Part shown: piece by piece, positions 40,160-52,915 of the stretch
How the letters are laid out: each line of letters opens with the position of its first letter
How positions within the stretch are numbered: position 1 is the first letter of the stretch
Origin: Malacoraja senta
Taxonomy: Eukaryota
NCBI GenBank assembly: GCA_038087875.1
Contig: CM075988.1
Location: forward strand, 16,370,001-16,434,000
Direction: 5' to 3'
DNA: 64,000 bases
The notes under the pieces: model-generated
The model's database searches: none
What the model saw: the letters and a program-made list of their open reading frames with translations, nothing else
Told to the model about the DNA's origin: nothing
Translations under genes and position numbers: made by a program

Positions 40160-40331
40160 CTGATTTACATGGAGCGTACAGATGCCAAGACAGCCCAGTC
40201 ACAGGTCCCACTGCGGACCAGTGTCACCCCAACGAAAAAAATTGAAATGGAACGAACCGTAATGCCAGACGGAACTATAGTGACAACAGTAACAACTATC
40301 CAATCCAGGCCTAAGTTCGACAGCAAAACAG
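40160..40331 (+). CDS. C2CD2L: C2CD2L exon, LIYMER...[36 protein letters not shown]
   Basis: tttcacAG / GTGAGG, phase 0/1; close to human [29 protein letters not shown]. Confidence 0.96.
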
Positions 40332-40900
40332 GTGAGGCTCCTGTTTATAACTGTGGTTACTCATCTTGATGCTGTACAATCAGCTCATCTAGTTTGGCAG
40401 TCCCTTTCTGTAGGCAGCTGATTGAATATGCATTTTCTTTCTGGTATTCTTATTTACTTCTATATAAAGGAGTTTATTTAATGTTTGACGCCATTAAGAT
40501 GCACTGCACCTCTGGAAGTCTCCATCAAACATGGCTGCAGCTATATATCGTGAGCTTTTCAACTAAAATGTTGGAGCGACACGGTGGTGCAGCAGTAGAG
40601 TTGCTGCCATACAGCGTAAGGGATCCGGGTTTGATCCTGACTACGGGTGCTGTCTGTACGGAGTTTATACGTTCTCCCCATGACCTGCGTTGGGGTTTCT
40701 CCGGTTTCATCCCGCACTCCAAAGACGTACAGGTTTGTAGGTTAATTGGCTTGGTATAATAATAAAATTGTCTCTAGTGCATGGTAGTGTAAGTGTGCGG
40801 GGATCTCTGGTCCACGTGGACGCCTTGGCCTGTTTCCTCGCCGTATCCCTAAACTAAGCTAAGCTAAAGGTCTGCAAACTGACGTGTTTGTTGATTTCAG

Positions 40901-40993
40901 ATTCTCCCACAAGGTCACCCTCCAAGGTGGAAGTAACGGAGAAGAGATCCATCAAGCTGGATGATAGCCCAGTCAGCCAACTTCCCAACAATG
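40901..40993 (+). CDS. C2CD2L: C2CD2L exon, (D)SPTRSPSKVEVTEKRSIKLDDSPVSQLPNN
   Basis: gatttcAG / GTAAAT, phase 1/1; RSPSKVEVTEK conserved. Confidence 0.94.
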
Positions 40994-41978
40994 GTAAATT
41001 GTGTTCCTCTGGGGATGCGCTGATTTCAGGCATGCTGCTCCTTTTTAAAGCCTCTGGGACTGTAGCCCATTTTGAGCCGATGAGAATCATTCTGACCTAG
41101 ACAAAATGAGCAGTGTTGGGTCCACCTCCTAAAAGATGTTAATTTATTTCAAAGGAAATGAAACTTGGGGAAACAGTGTATTCTGGGCTACAATCCAATT
41201 GTGCTGACTTTGGAATAAATTACCAAACACTTTATCAAAAAAATAACTGTAGGTGCTGTAAACAAAATGATACAATGCTGGAAAGTCTCAAGTCAGGCAG
41301 CATCTGAGGGGTTTTGTTATCAAAGCAATGATCATGCATCAGCTTAAAACGTTGACTGTAACTCTCTCCACAGAGGATTTGGATCGTCTGAATATTTCCA
41401 GCATTTGTCTTTGTGTTTTAAATGATTCATTAAACCTTTACATTATTTTCTTTCTGAAATCCTCTGGGTCCCAACGGCTTGTAAATGGGATTAGTGTAGA
41501 TGGGTAATTTAGGGTCAGTAATGATATGATGAACCAGAGGGTGTGAATCTGTGCGATATGACTCAGCATTCCCAGCCACAAGGACAGGAGATCATTGCCA
41601 ACAGAAAGAGTCATTGTTCATCTCGGGCTTGGTGAATCCGCCCGGTGAATATCTCCATGTTTGGTCCCAGGTCTGAACCTCAGAACCTCCAAGCTATGTC
41701 TCCCTCTGTCTCTCTGCTTCCCTTTGTGCGTGTATGTGTGTGTGTGTGTATGTTCGTTCATACATGCGTGCCGATGTGTATCTCCATTTATCTAACCCAC
41801 TCTGTCCTTCCCCCTATCCATTTTCTTTCCTTCTCCTCTAAACCACTCCTCCGAATTTGTCTGTCGACCTATCCCCCAGCCCGTTTCTCTCCATCGCACG
41901 TCTCCCACTGTCCCAGTCCATTTCTCATCCTCCCACATGCGTCCATGTTAACAATAACCTTGTATGTTTGGAAAACAG

Positions 41979-42112
41979 TGAACAACCAGCTTGCTAATGG
42001 TCTGGATCCAGTCGTACAAACAGCGATACAGCAACTGACAGAATCTGCTAACAAGCCCAGCAAAAAGACACCCACCAAACGCAGCACGCTGATCATATCA
42101 GGCATCTCAAAG
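41979..42112 (+). CDS. C2CD2L: C2CD2L exon, (V)[44 protein letters not shown]
   Basis: weak acceptor ggaaaacAG, donor GTAACC, phase 1/0; NGLDPV and [14 protein letters not shown] conserved. Confidence 0.93.
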
Positions 42113-42354
42113 GTAACCTTTCTCCACTCATGAGGAGCTTGAACTAAGTTTCAGCGTTTTGTGGCATTATTAATTTTACTTAGTCCCTTTAACTTCCAGT
42201 CAGATACGGCCTAACAGAATTTTAAGAGGCTGCAATGCAATTGGAAGCTATAGACAAACACATGACCAAATGACCAAAACGTCCAAATCTCAGACTGCAC
42301 TTTTGCTTAATCCTTACATAAATCAGTTGCTCATTTTGATGTGCAAGACCTATA

Positions 42355-42652
42355 CTTTAGTTTAGTTTAGAGATACGGTGCGGAAACAGGCCCTTCGACC
42401 CAGAGCCCGCGCCGACCAGCGATCCCCGCACATTAACACTATCCTACACACAAGGGACAATTTACACGTACACCAAGCCAATTAACTTACATACCTGTAT
42501 GTCTTTGGAGTGTGGGAGGAAACCGAAGATTTCGGAGAAAACCCACGTGGTCACGGGGAGAACGTATAAACTCCGTACAGACAGCACCCGTAGTCAGGAT
42601 TGAACCCGTGTCTTCGGCGCTGTAAGGCAGCAACTCTACCACTGCGCCACCC
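42355..42652 (-). mobile_element. V-SINE (HE1-like)
   Basis: Near full-length reverse copy. Confidence 0.85.
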
Positions 42653-43708
42653 TACTAGTAACTAGTGAAGTACACCAAGAAGGTATGCAACCCCTCACGG
42701 CCCTAGGGACATTGAAGGGAACAATTAAAAAATTCAAGTGGCAGCTTGAATAATTTTGATTGACCGGTCAGTACATTGAGTGTTTTTCAGGCACATGCTT
42801 GTGTCCTGGAGGGAGAAAGGTTTGTAGGTAATGGCAAGAAAAAGGAGCTACTCAAAGTGTTTACTTAAAGGCCAAGGTGACCTGCGCTGATGTGTTCCAT
42901 TGTGCTGTATAGTCTTGGATAAGAGAATTGGAAGATTGTTCTTGCATCTACTGGGTGAAAATGAAAACGAGAAGGTGCACTATCTTGCTTGGCCATGCGA
43001 TAGCAAACTTTAGCCTCAATTTTAATCAGATCTGGGGAGATCTGTTTTTTTTAATGAATCTTCTCAGCTTCTCTCTCCATTTCAACAAAAACCTACCTTT
43101 TTGAAAAAACCTAACCTGTGCTAAAATATCCTTGCTGAGCTTGTTGTCAAAATGTATATGTACTGTAATGAGCTTGTAACATTAAGGTTCTATATATGTA
43201 CAAATCGTGTGTACATACTGAGATTTTACTGATAGTTTAATCAGGTACCTATATTCCATTTACATAGCGTTGCTTCATCATTTGCTTCAAGGTACCTAAA
43301 AGTAGCCATTGACTGCAGGTGTTGGATACCTGGAACGCACTGCTAGGGGTGGCGGTGAAGGCAACTATTATGGTGTAATTTAAGAGGGATTTAGATAACC
43401 ACATGGATATGCTGGGGACAGAAGGATATGGATCACATGCAGGGAGATTAGATTAGTTTATTTGGGCATTATGTTCGGCGCAGTCATTGTGGGCTGAACG
43501 GCCTATTCCCGTACTCTGCTGTTCTATGCCTGCATGGATTCATTAACACTGTAAAACATTCCAAGGCTTCTCAGAAAATGATCAAACAAAATGTGACACC
43601 AAGCTTTAAGGAGGAAAAAGAGAGCCAGGGTGATTTGGGGAGGAAATTTGGGAGCTGAGGGCCTGGGCAGCTTGAAATATGACCATCAGTAGCAGGTAGA
43701 TTAACCTG

Positions 43709-43881
43709 GTAGACAAAAGTGCTGGAGAAACTCAGCGGGTGCAGCAGCATTTATGGAGCGAAGGGTTTCGGCCCGAAACGTTTCCTATTTCCTTCGCTCC
43801 ATAGATGCGGCTGCACCCGCTGAGTTTCTCCAGCATTTTTGTCTACCTTCGATTTTCCAGCATCTGCAGTTCCTTCTTAAA
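43709..43881. mobile_element. Fold-back PLE pLTR element (same subfamily as 5149 and 19590)
   Basis: Inverted arms; near-TSD CAGGTA(G/A)ATTAAC(C/T)TG. Confidence 0.8.
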
Positions 43882-44137
43882 CAGGTAAATTAACTTGTTC
43901 ACTGCCAGGATTTTTTTTCATTTGTATACTCTGACCCGAGTATACTCGGGGATGGCAGTGCAGGGGTTAACAATGGAGTTCCACGAGAAGCAAGAATTGG
44001 AGGAACAGAGATATCAGAGAGCATTTTAGAATCAGAGAAAGCTGCAGAGAGGAGGAGGGCTGACATAATGGTGACAGGGATTGTCTGCTCTACATATACA
44101 GGTACAAGGTGATGTCCTCTCTTTCACTCCGATCTAG

Positions 44138-44426
44138 TCCCCCATTGATCAGGACGAAATGGCTCTCTCTGTGGGTTACGCAGCTGCGATGGATGCCTCG
44201 CTGCAGTCTGAGGCGGGGTTGCCTGCCCTGCCCCACTGCAGCACTCAGACTGCACTGGAGTCGCCCAAGTCCACGGATCCTCCTTCGAACCAGCGGCAGC
44301 CGGTCAGCCAGGAGCCAGACGAGGCCATTGCATCCGACATTTCCGAGCGACCGTCGGTGGATGATGTCGAATCTGAAACAGGGTCAACAGGAGCACTTGA
44401 AACCAGAAGCTTGAAGGATCACAAAG
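44138..44426 (+). CDS. C2CD2L: C2CD2L exon, [21 protein letters not shown]...[31 protein letters not shown]
   Basis: ctccgatctAG / GTAAAC, phase 0/1; [30 protein letters not shown] matches human. Confidence 0.96.
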
Positions 44427-45553
44427 GTAAACGGAAAGGGAGTCAATCGTGACATTCTTTAGCGGCTCTCCGTCTCCTCTCCACTCTGTAAATCCTCCAT
44501 GCAAGTTATATTAAATGCTCAAAACTGTGGAGCAAATGGTAGCGACTGATCTCAGGTTTCTCCGCTCTTTGTTTCCAGTTGGTGATATTTCTTGCTGGAG
44601 TATAATTTGGTTGCTTGTAGCAGCCTCCTACTTCAATGAAGTGCTTCTTCACACGTTAGGGGCATGGGGTCAGCAATTAGTCAATGACACAAAAGATCGA
44701 TCTTATCCACCCTCATGCATGCTCCAGGAGTCACGGGAAAATAAGTGGGAAAAACTGGATGCTTTTCCGCCCCCTCCCCAACTCCCAAACAGCCGAAAGC
44801 TAGATGGCGCTGAGCCCAATTGCAGCTTGCCATTAGCTCAGCTGATTGAGATGTATGAACGCACCAGAGACCCAAGTCTGGGATTTTCCTGCTCTCTGTA
44901 GTTCACGGCCACACCCGAGGTACATTTGTATGCTGAGGCAGAAGTGCCATTGAGGCCTTGGTATCCATTCAACTACGTAAGATCCCTGGGCCTCATCTGA
45001 TCTAACAAAACAACCTGCAGAGGTTTAATTCCCTGTTCCTTTTGCCACCTTTCGTGATCGTACAAGTGTTTGTCGGGTGATAAGATTAGATGGTTAGTAA
45101 TTATATCGTTGTTCGGGGTTGCAATAGATGTGCTGCTCCTGACCAAAGTCATCTGAAGTGCCCTCATGGGCATGTTCTGATATTAAGAAATGAGTATGGT
45201 ATTGTTCTCGTCTTTATAGGGCACAGGGCATTGAGCTATTAATTACATTGCGTTTAAGCCCAAAACGTTAATCCTAACAATTCACATGCATAGATTTTTG
45301 TCTGGAACCCAAAGCAAAATATTACAGATGCTGTAAATGGAAAATAAAATCAGAAGGAGGAGGTCCAGGAAACATACGGGGAACAAGAGGCAGGGTCAGA
45401 ATTCTAGGTCATTGAACTATTTTCAGAACTGTTAGACCACCATCCACTTGAATGTTCTTTATATTGTAGTGTATCTTTCCTCCATTCTTGCATGAATGAC
45501 CCTTGCTGCTTCTGCCCAGGTTATTCTCCGTTTTCTCTTCCGTTCCCCTGTAG

Positions 45554-45789
45554 TTGGCTTTCTCCGAAGTGGAACAAAGCTCTTGTTCAGGAGGAAACAC
45601 AAGCAGAAGGAGCCGGGTTTCAGCCACTCCCACGACGACCTGTCCCACGTCAGTGACAGCCCTTCATCTACGCGGAAGAAGTCGGGAAGCTTCTCTCGGA
45701 AGCTTATCAAACGTTTCTCCTTCAAGTCCAAGTCCAAGTCCAAGTCAAAGGCTAACACCAACGGCAATACCGGGGCAACGGGGAACTGA
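45554..45789 (+). CDS. C2CD2L: C2CD2L last coding exon (polybasic membrane-binding C-terminus), (V)[14 protein letters not shown]...[34 protein letters not shown]
   Basis: ttcccctgtAG, phase 1, TGA at 45787-45789; [17 protein letters not shown] and [15 protein letters not shown] conserved. Confidence 0.96.
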
Positions 45790-48628
45790 ATGCACTAGGA
45801 TACCCAGACAGCATTGTTGGATTAGATACCTGGTGGGTCAACTATCTGGGGACAGGACAACAAGGGGCAAAGCACGAGGAGCCCAATCACGATTGTTGCA
45901 GTAACTTCTGTCCTGGGTTTCTTTTCGGTGACTTTCTTTGATGGTTGGAGTGGTGCCATCATTCATCAGCCGTCACTTGTGAAAGCCACTGTGCAGTAAA
46001 CTTTCTCCCAAGTCTGATCATATGTTGATGGCAAAAACAAATCCGGACCTTTCGACACCCTGAAGCCAAGGAAATTCTTGAGTCAAGGACTAAGATGCAA
46101 AGTCCTTTGTTTGGTGACACTAGTTTTGAATGTAAACTATCAACCTGACTTAACCTTTCCCCAATTTTATTTATTGAAAGTCTATAACTTTGCCAGGTTT
46201 TGGCAGCTGTACAAGATGTTTTAATAGAAATACTGTTGTAATGTTTTAATTGGGAGGAATTAACTGTCATTGATTGCTGCCTATTCTTGCATTTACTGAT
46301 TTGTATCTTATTGTTGTTTTGAAAATATAAACAAATAGATAAATTTTAATTCTTTCTCCATTTGAAAAGAAAGGGAAAATCACCTTGAAATAATGTCATT
46401 GTACTCTTTGGACCCTGAATGGCACCCAAAACAATGGTAAATCAATGAGGGGCAGAGTGTGCTTTCTGTGGGGTGACGGAGATGATGTTGGCCAGTTGCA
46501 ATTGTTGCACTTTTTGTATTCGCCGATCTTTTGGCAGATTGCATCCAGTTTTTTTTCCTTGCAAGCTGTGACGTTGAATCTAATTCCAGTCAAAGTCCAG
46601 AGAAGGTACGGAGAAGATTTGTGAGATCAGGAACAAGATGTAGGTCTTCGGTGACAGGGAAGGACTTGGCAAACTGACATTTTTGGAGCAGAGCTACAGT
46701 GAAAGGTTTAAGAGTTGTCCAAAATGTTGATGACATTTGGGTACAAGTAAATGGTGGGAAATTTCCAATGGTAGAAGCTTTGGAAATGGATGACAGGTGA
46801 GATTTTATTTGATGCAGCGAGTTATTTGATGTAAAATGCTTAGTCTAAAAAAGAGAGTAGAAATGAATTCAATAGCAAGTCTCAAAGAGGAAATGGAGAA
46901 ATGCTTGAAGGGGAGAATATTTGCAGGGATATGGGGGAGAGCAGAGAAGTGCGATTATTTGGATCTCACTTTCAAACAGTGGCATAGGCACAATGGGCAT
47001 CGATGTCTTTCTTAATATGTCATGCTTTGATTCTACGAATGTCGCATCACCTCAATTGGATCCAGAGACTGTACAGCTTGAATTAACATCCTTAGAAATT
47101 GTTTCAAAACACTCCACAGATCAGGGAACATTGGAAGAGAACAAAACAGGGTTAATATTTTAGGCTGATGAAGTCAGGTTCAATTACAAACAGTTAATTT
47201 AGTTTAGTAATACAGCATAGAAACAGGACCTCAGTCCACCGACCTGTTCACACTAGTTCCATGCTATCCCATTTTCCTGTCCACTCCCACTCCCACCACA
47301 TTTGGGGTAAATGTTTATGAAACAGAGGCCAATTAATTTACACATCCGCACGTCTTTTGGATGTGGGAGGAAACCAGAGCACCCGGAGAAAACCCATGGG
47401 GTCACAGGGAGAACGCGCATACTCCATACAGATAGCACCCGAGATCAGGATCGAACCCGGGTCTTCAGGGCTGTGAGGCAGCAGCACCACCAGCTGTGAC
47501 ACTGCGATGTTTGGTGAAATGTCCTTGCCCTGAAAGATGAACTGTTACCCTCTCCAAAGATGCTTTATGACCTGTAGTGCTTTTCGTGTATTTTGAGATG
47601 TTATATTAGATTTCTGGCAATCATCGGTATTTTAGAGTTTGTCAAAGAAAATCATGCACAGGGCAGACGTTTGGACTGGAATTGAGCATGAAGGTAATAT
47701 TTACCCCAGGTGAAAGGACTGATGTGAGACTTCCCCAACCATTATCGCGTATATCCAGAGGGTGCATAGCCTTTGGCATAGTCACAATGGAATAGTTAGT
47801 ATGGTGCCTGAGGCTTGTTCATGATACACATTGTATATATATATATATAGATTTAAGTTAGTGCAAGGTCTAATCTGCAGTACTTGGTGAGACTGCCTAC
47901 AACAAATGCTTTGTGCCCAGTTCTTGAAGCACATTGGTTTTCTGAACTAGATTCCCACCCACAATGTTTTTGGTTTCGATTTTGCTCCATCATGGGCAAA
48001 TACTGAGGCATCTCAGTTACCATATTGAGGAGATGGGTGACTGTTCCGATACTTCCGCAGGTGGCTCCTTGGGAGATACATATGTAAAAAGCATTGTACC
48101 ATTAATCACCTCTTTTTTGGGGCTGGGGGAAAGGGTGGTGAATGAATATAATGATGATGCAACTTTGTTGTAGCTTCTACAGTCATTTCATAGCGCAGGT
48201 GACGATTTGGAAATAACTAACAGCTATTTGGCTCCCACTTCTTGAAGAAGGTGGGACAATGGGATGGGCTCTGTGCTGAAATTAGTTTTTGCTGAGAGTG
48301 AAAAATAATTTTTTAAAAACCTTAAAAACCTCAATAATTAATCCTCCTAGAGACGTGGGAAGATAAAGATAGCGGATGTTTTATTTGCCTCTGAAGAATA
48401 ACCAGTTAGCTGGCTCAAAGCCTGAACTGCTGAGACAGTGAAGATGCTACTGGTTTGCAAAGTGGTACAAGCTGTTATGATGGGGGCTGGTTCAACCCCA
48501 GGTAACAAATACCATTTAAAGAGGGATCTGTAGGTACTATCCCATAAATTACTATGGGCTGCACTGTCCTGAATGCTACTTTAAATCCAAACTCAAAAGA
48601 GTGTACACATTTCCTTAAATTCCTTGGA

Positions 48629-48687
48629 AATAAATATTGATTTAAAAAAACATATTGTTCACACTGGCAACTGCATGTTTTAATAAA
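48629..48687 (+). terminator. Candidate C2CD2L polyadenylation signals
   Basis: AATAAA at 48629 and 48682 followed by a T/GT-rich tract, about 2.9 kb after the stop; no transcript evidence. Confidence 0.35.
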
Positions 48688-51475
48688 GATTTTGATTGTT
48701 TTTTTTTTAATGTGTATATTTACAATTTGCATAAAGCTGGCTTGGCTCCATCTTGGAAAGAAGCAACTCTCCCCGACTGACATTCCATTCATCGCCCTCT
48801 GGTCCACCATGGCGCTGATGTATCATCTAGGCAATGTTTCTTCTTCAGGCTGCATTTCCCAATCCCACCATCTCTCCACTTAGAAAGACCATAGTAGGAA
48901 GCACATGGGAACCAAACTGCTTCGCCTCCAAGTTCATCTCTATAGTTTTGCACCACCCTGGTTTGGAAATAAACTGCTCTTCTTTCAATCATAAAATGCT
49001 GAAACTCCCAATCTAACATTCTAACATCACGCCATACAAAGGGAACTACAACAAACCAGGCATCTCAACTCTTTTTTGAAGGCACTTAAGAATTTGGGAA
49101 TTACCAGAGCAGGCCATTTAATCCTTTGTACTTGCTCAATAACCAATGCCAGGTGCTGGAGTAACTCAGCAGGTCAGGCAGCATCTCTGAAGAACATGGA
49201 TTGGTGATGTTTCAGACTTTGGCTCTAAAGGATCTCAACCCGATACGTCAGGTTCTAAGGATGCTTTCAAGAGAGAGCTAGATAGGGCTCTTAAAAATAG
49301 CGGGGATATGGGGAGAAGGCAGGAACGGGGTACTGATTGGGGATGATCAGCCATGATCACATTGAATGGTGGTGCTGGCTCGAAGGGCCGAATGGCCTAC
49401 TCCTGCACCTATTGTCTATTGTCATATTTCCATCTTCTCCAGAGATGCTGCCTTACCGACTGAGTTACTCGAGTACTTTGTGTCATTTTTTTGAACACCA
49501 GCATCTGCATTTCCTTGTTTCTGCAGCTTTCAATAAGATTGTGGCTGACCTAATGAGGTGCTGATTTTGGAATGGTGCCTACATTAGGGTTGTGAATAGA
49601 GACCTAAACATTTATTTTCAACCTGTTACTTGTTATTTCCACTTCAACTTTCAATGTGTTGGCGAGTTAAGACATCACCGAATAAACGGAGAAGTGGAGG
49701 CAAGGTATTAATTGAGCTGTAGTTTGTTCACCCCTCTCGTCTCACTTTACAAACACATTAAGGACCAGGTGAGTCATTTTTCATGCTATGCTGAGTTTTT
49801 AAAACACATACATTTTCTTTGAAATAAAATACTGAGTCAAGCACTTGCGCAACTAAACTTTATTTTGGAAAACAAAATAACAGTTCCCCACTACTATACC
49901 TAATCACTGCGGGTTCGATCCTTGTATCTGCTTGGCCTCGTGCAAGCAGAGACACTCCATAAGGTCACGCAGTCCCAAGCGTTCTTCCAGAAGATCGACA
50001 TCGGACCTCGTGGGAGCTACCTTTCATAGGTCCCCGAACCTTGAGGGGCCCAACCACATGGGGGTGGTCTCTCTACAGTTCAATAACAAATATCGCTTAA
50101 CACAGTACATGATAGACAGTTCCCTAACCCAATAATACAGTAACTAATACATTGTATTCGAAAGGAGCTTCTGGAAGGAAGCAAACATAGCAACATTTGC
50201 CTAGATATTCAAGAAACCCAGACAAGGCTTAACATTTGACCCAATCAACATCTAGCAAAGTAAAGCTTTGCAACATTATTTACAATGTGTATGTCAGGTT
50301 TGCATTCACCCAATCCATTTCATGCAATTTACGCCTAATTGTAAGAATCTGCAAATGTCCCATTCTTTCCCTGCAACTCTTATCTAGGCTACAGACAAAC
50401 TGGCACCATTCAGCAGCTTGTCCCAGTTCTGCAGAAGGCACATTTAAATTGACCAAATGGCCTAGCAGCACAGAAGCCTTTTTCTCAATTTTAATGTCCT
50501 GGCAGCTCCAATTTGGCCAGAATTAACAATGTTTGGAAAGAAGATCAGCCAAGGTTGTAAAGAACTATTGACTTACTAAATCAAAAAGTCTCTTTCTGTG
50601 TGACATTCCCTTTCCCACTTTTAATAGATCAGAGAAATATGACCAGAACGTGTTTTAAAACCTAGTTTATTCCTTGCTACAACAGTTTTCCCGTGGAGTA
50701 GATGAACAATCGCCAGAACACCACTGCATGCCAACCTCCCTTTTATTCCATGGATGGTAATGGAACAGAGGGTGGCGTGATAATGCAGCTGTCAAATTCT
50801 GGTGATTTTATGACAGCTGAGTACACAATCTTGCTTTATAAATGGATTACAATGTTAAGCCTTAACTTTTTTTGTAATACCTTTTGAAAGTTAATTTATG
50901 AAGTGGCCTAGTACTGTCAACAGAGCCTTACCCTACAGTGCGTGATGCAACCTGCACATTTGCCATCTAACTGATCGCAATCATTTGCTCACTTTGCTGT
51001 TCTGAGTTTTGAGCTATGCATGAACTCCTCTAGTCTCACTAGCTTTAATACTAGACTTGAAAATCCTTTAACATGGCAATTCTTACCTTTACTAGGTCAA
51101 AAATATACTGTGGAAGCATCTTCTCTGAGAACATCATTGGATTTTCTGGTTTTAATTTAGAGGGTCTTATTGCAAATCCATGGGAAAGAATGATATCTGT
51201 CTCACTGTATAAGCAAAATGTCATTCTTTATATCTAATAGTTTCAATTCATTTAACTGCAATAGTGTCTATCAGTATCAGGTGACCTGCACATTAGGTAG
51301 ATTAAGTGATGTTCACATAGTTCTATTAGGGAAGCGTTTCAAATTTCCAAACTGATCCTTTGGATAAACTTAAATGTCTCTTAAAAAATCTTTGTATAGA
51401 TTCTCTAGTGGTCACTTCACCCTGATTTATATTCACACATCATCTGTGTGCAAGATAACATCTTATCCTTTGAGT

Positions 51476-51503
51476 CTGAAGAAGGGCCCTGACCCGAAAC
51501 GTC
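51476..51503 (+). ncRNA. Minimal hammerhead motif in solo PLE pLTR (about 51474-51565)
   Basis: CTGAAGA-A-GGGCCCTGACCC-GAAA-CGTC; near-TSD ATCTTATCC(T/C)TTGA at 51460 and 51566. Confidence 0.6.
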
Positions 51504-52079
51504 ACCCATCTTTTATCTCCAGAGATGCAGCCTGACCCGCTGAGTTACCTCCGCATTTTGTGTCTATCTTATCCCTTGATGATATATTTGCTACTGTGTG
51601 CGTGTAATAAGGATAACACAACACAATGCTGAACATTAAATAACAGAATAACAACGAGGAACTCAAAAATGCACCAGTCAAAGAGTTGATAATAAAAATT
51701 ATATTTGCATCTTATTTTGGCAAAAATATTTTTTTGGTGGCACCATAGTAATTGTGCAAGTACTACTGCAAACTCCATCTTCCAATCCAGTCACTATCTG
51801 CTTCCTCAGGGAGTCTCTGATAGCTTGGTTAGTAATGAATTTGGTGCAGCATTATGAGCCATAGATAGGGTAGACAGTCAGAACTTTTTTCTCAAGAAAT
51901 ATCTCATCATCTCCTTCCTTAAAGAATGTCCTTTAATTCTGAGGCTATGACCTCTAGTCCTAGACTCTCCCAGTAGTGGAAACATCCTTTTCACATCCAC
52001 TCTATCCAAGCCTTTCACTATTCTGTACGTTTCAATGAGGTCCCCCCCTCATTCTTCTAAATTCCAGAGAATATAGGCC

Positions 52080-52915
52080 TAGAGATGTAACAAATGCCCC
52101 AATATCTCATCACCTCCATCCAGGAACCCCAGCAGTCCTTCCATGTTAGACAGTGGTTCACATACACCTCCTCTAACCTCATCTACTGCATCTGGTGTTC
52201 CTGGCCTCCTGTACATCGGTGAAGTGTAGACTCGCTGAGCATTTTCCCTAGAACACCAAGGCCTGGTGGATCTCTCGGTTTCTAATCCTCTTCCCATTCC
52301 TATCCTCACCTTTCTGTCCTGGGCCTCCTCCATTGCCTGAGTGAGGCCACTCACAAACTGGAGGAACAGCACCTCATATTCTGAAGAGAGACACAAAATG
52401 CTGGAGTAACTCAGGCAGCATCTCTGGAGAGAAGGAATGGGCGACGATTCGGGTTGGACCAGTATCGGTAGTTTCTTCCTACATGCTAGCATTTTGTGTC
52501 TATCTTTGGTTTAAACCAGCATCTGCAGTTCCTTCCTACACACCTCATATTCCGCTTGGGCATCACACAACCCAATGGTATGAACATTGAATTCTCAAAT
52601 TTTATGTAAACCACTATATGTAATTTCAATCCTGTTGTCTCACATCTCCTGTATTTTCATCTCTGGCCTTTGTCCAACTACCTGCCTATCAACCCCCACC
52701 CCTCTCGCCTGTATCCACCGATTATGTACCATGCGTGCTCCTGCCCAAAGATCATAGAGCATAGAGCGCTATGATCTTTGGTCCTGCCCTACTTCTCTCC
52801 CGGCTTTCTTCCCCTCCCCCTCACAGTCAGCCTGAAGAACGGTCCCGACCGGAAACGTTCTCCAGAGATGCTGCCTGACCTGCTGAGTTACTCCAGCACT
52901 TTGTGACTTGTTTTT
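52080..52915 (+). mobile_element. Degenerate Penelope-like fragment with nested pLTR pieces
   Basis: Nucleotide similarity to the GIY-YIG region at 19080-19470 and to the pLTR. Confidence 0.7.

Noticed and set aside
49830..50160. Possible second solo LTR (minus-strand AATAAA)
   Set aside because: Could not define TG...CA termini or a TSD
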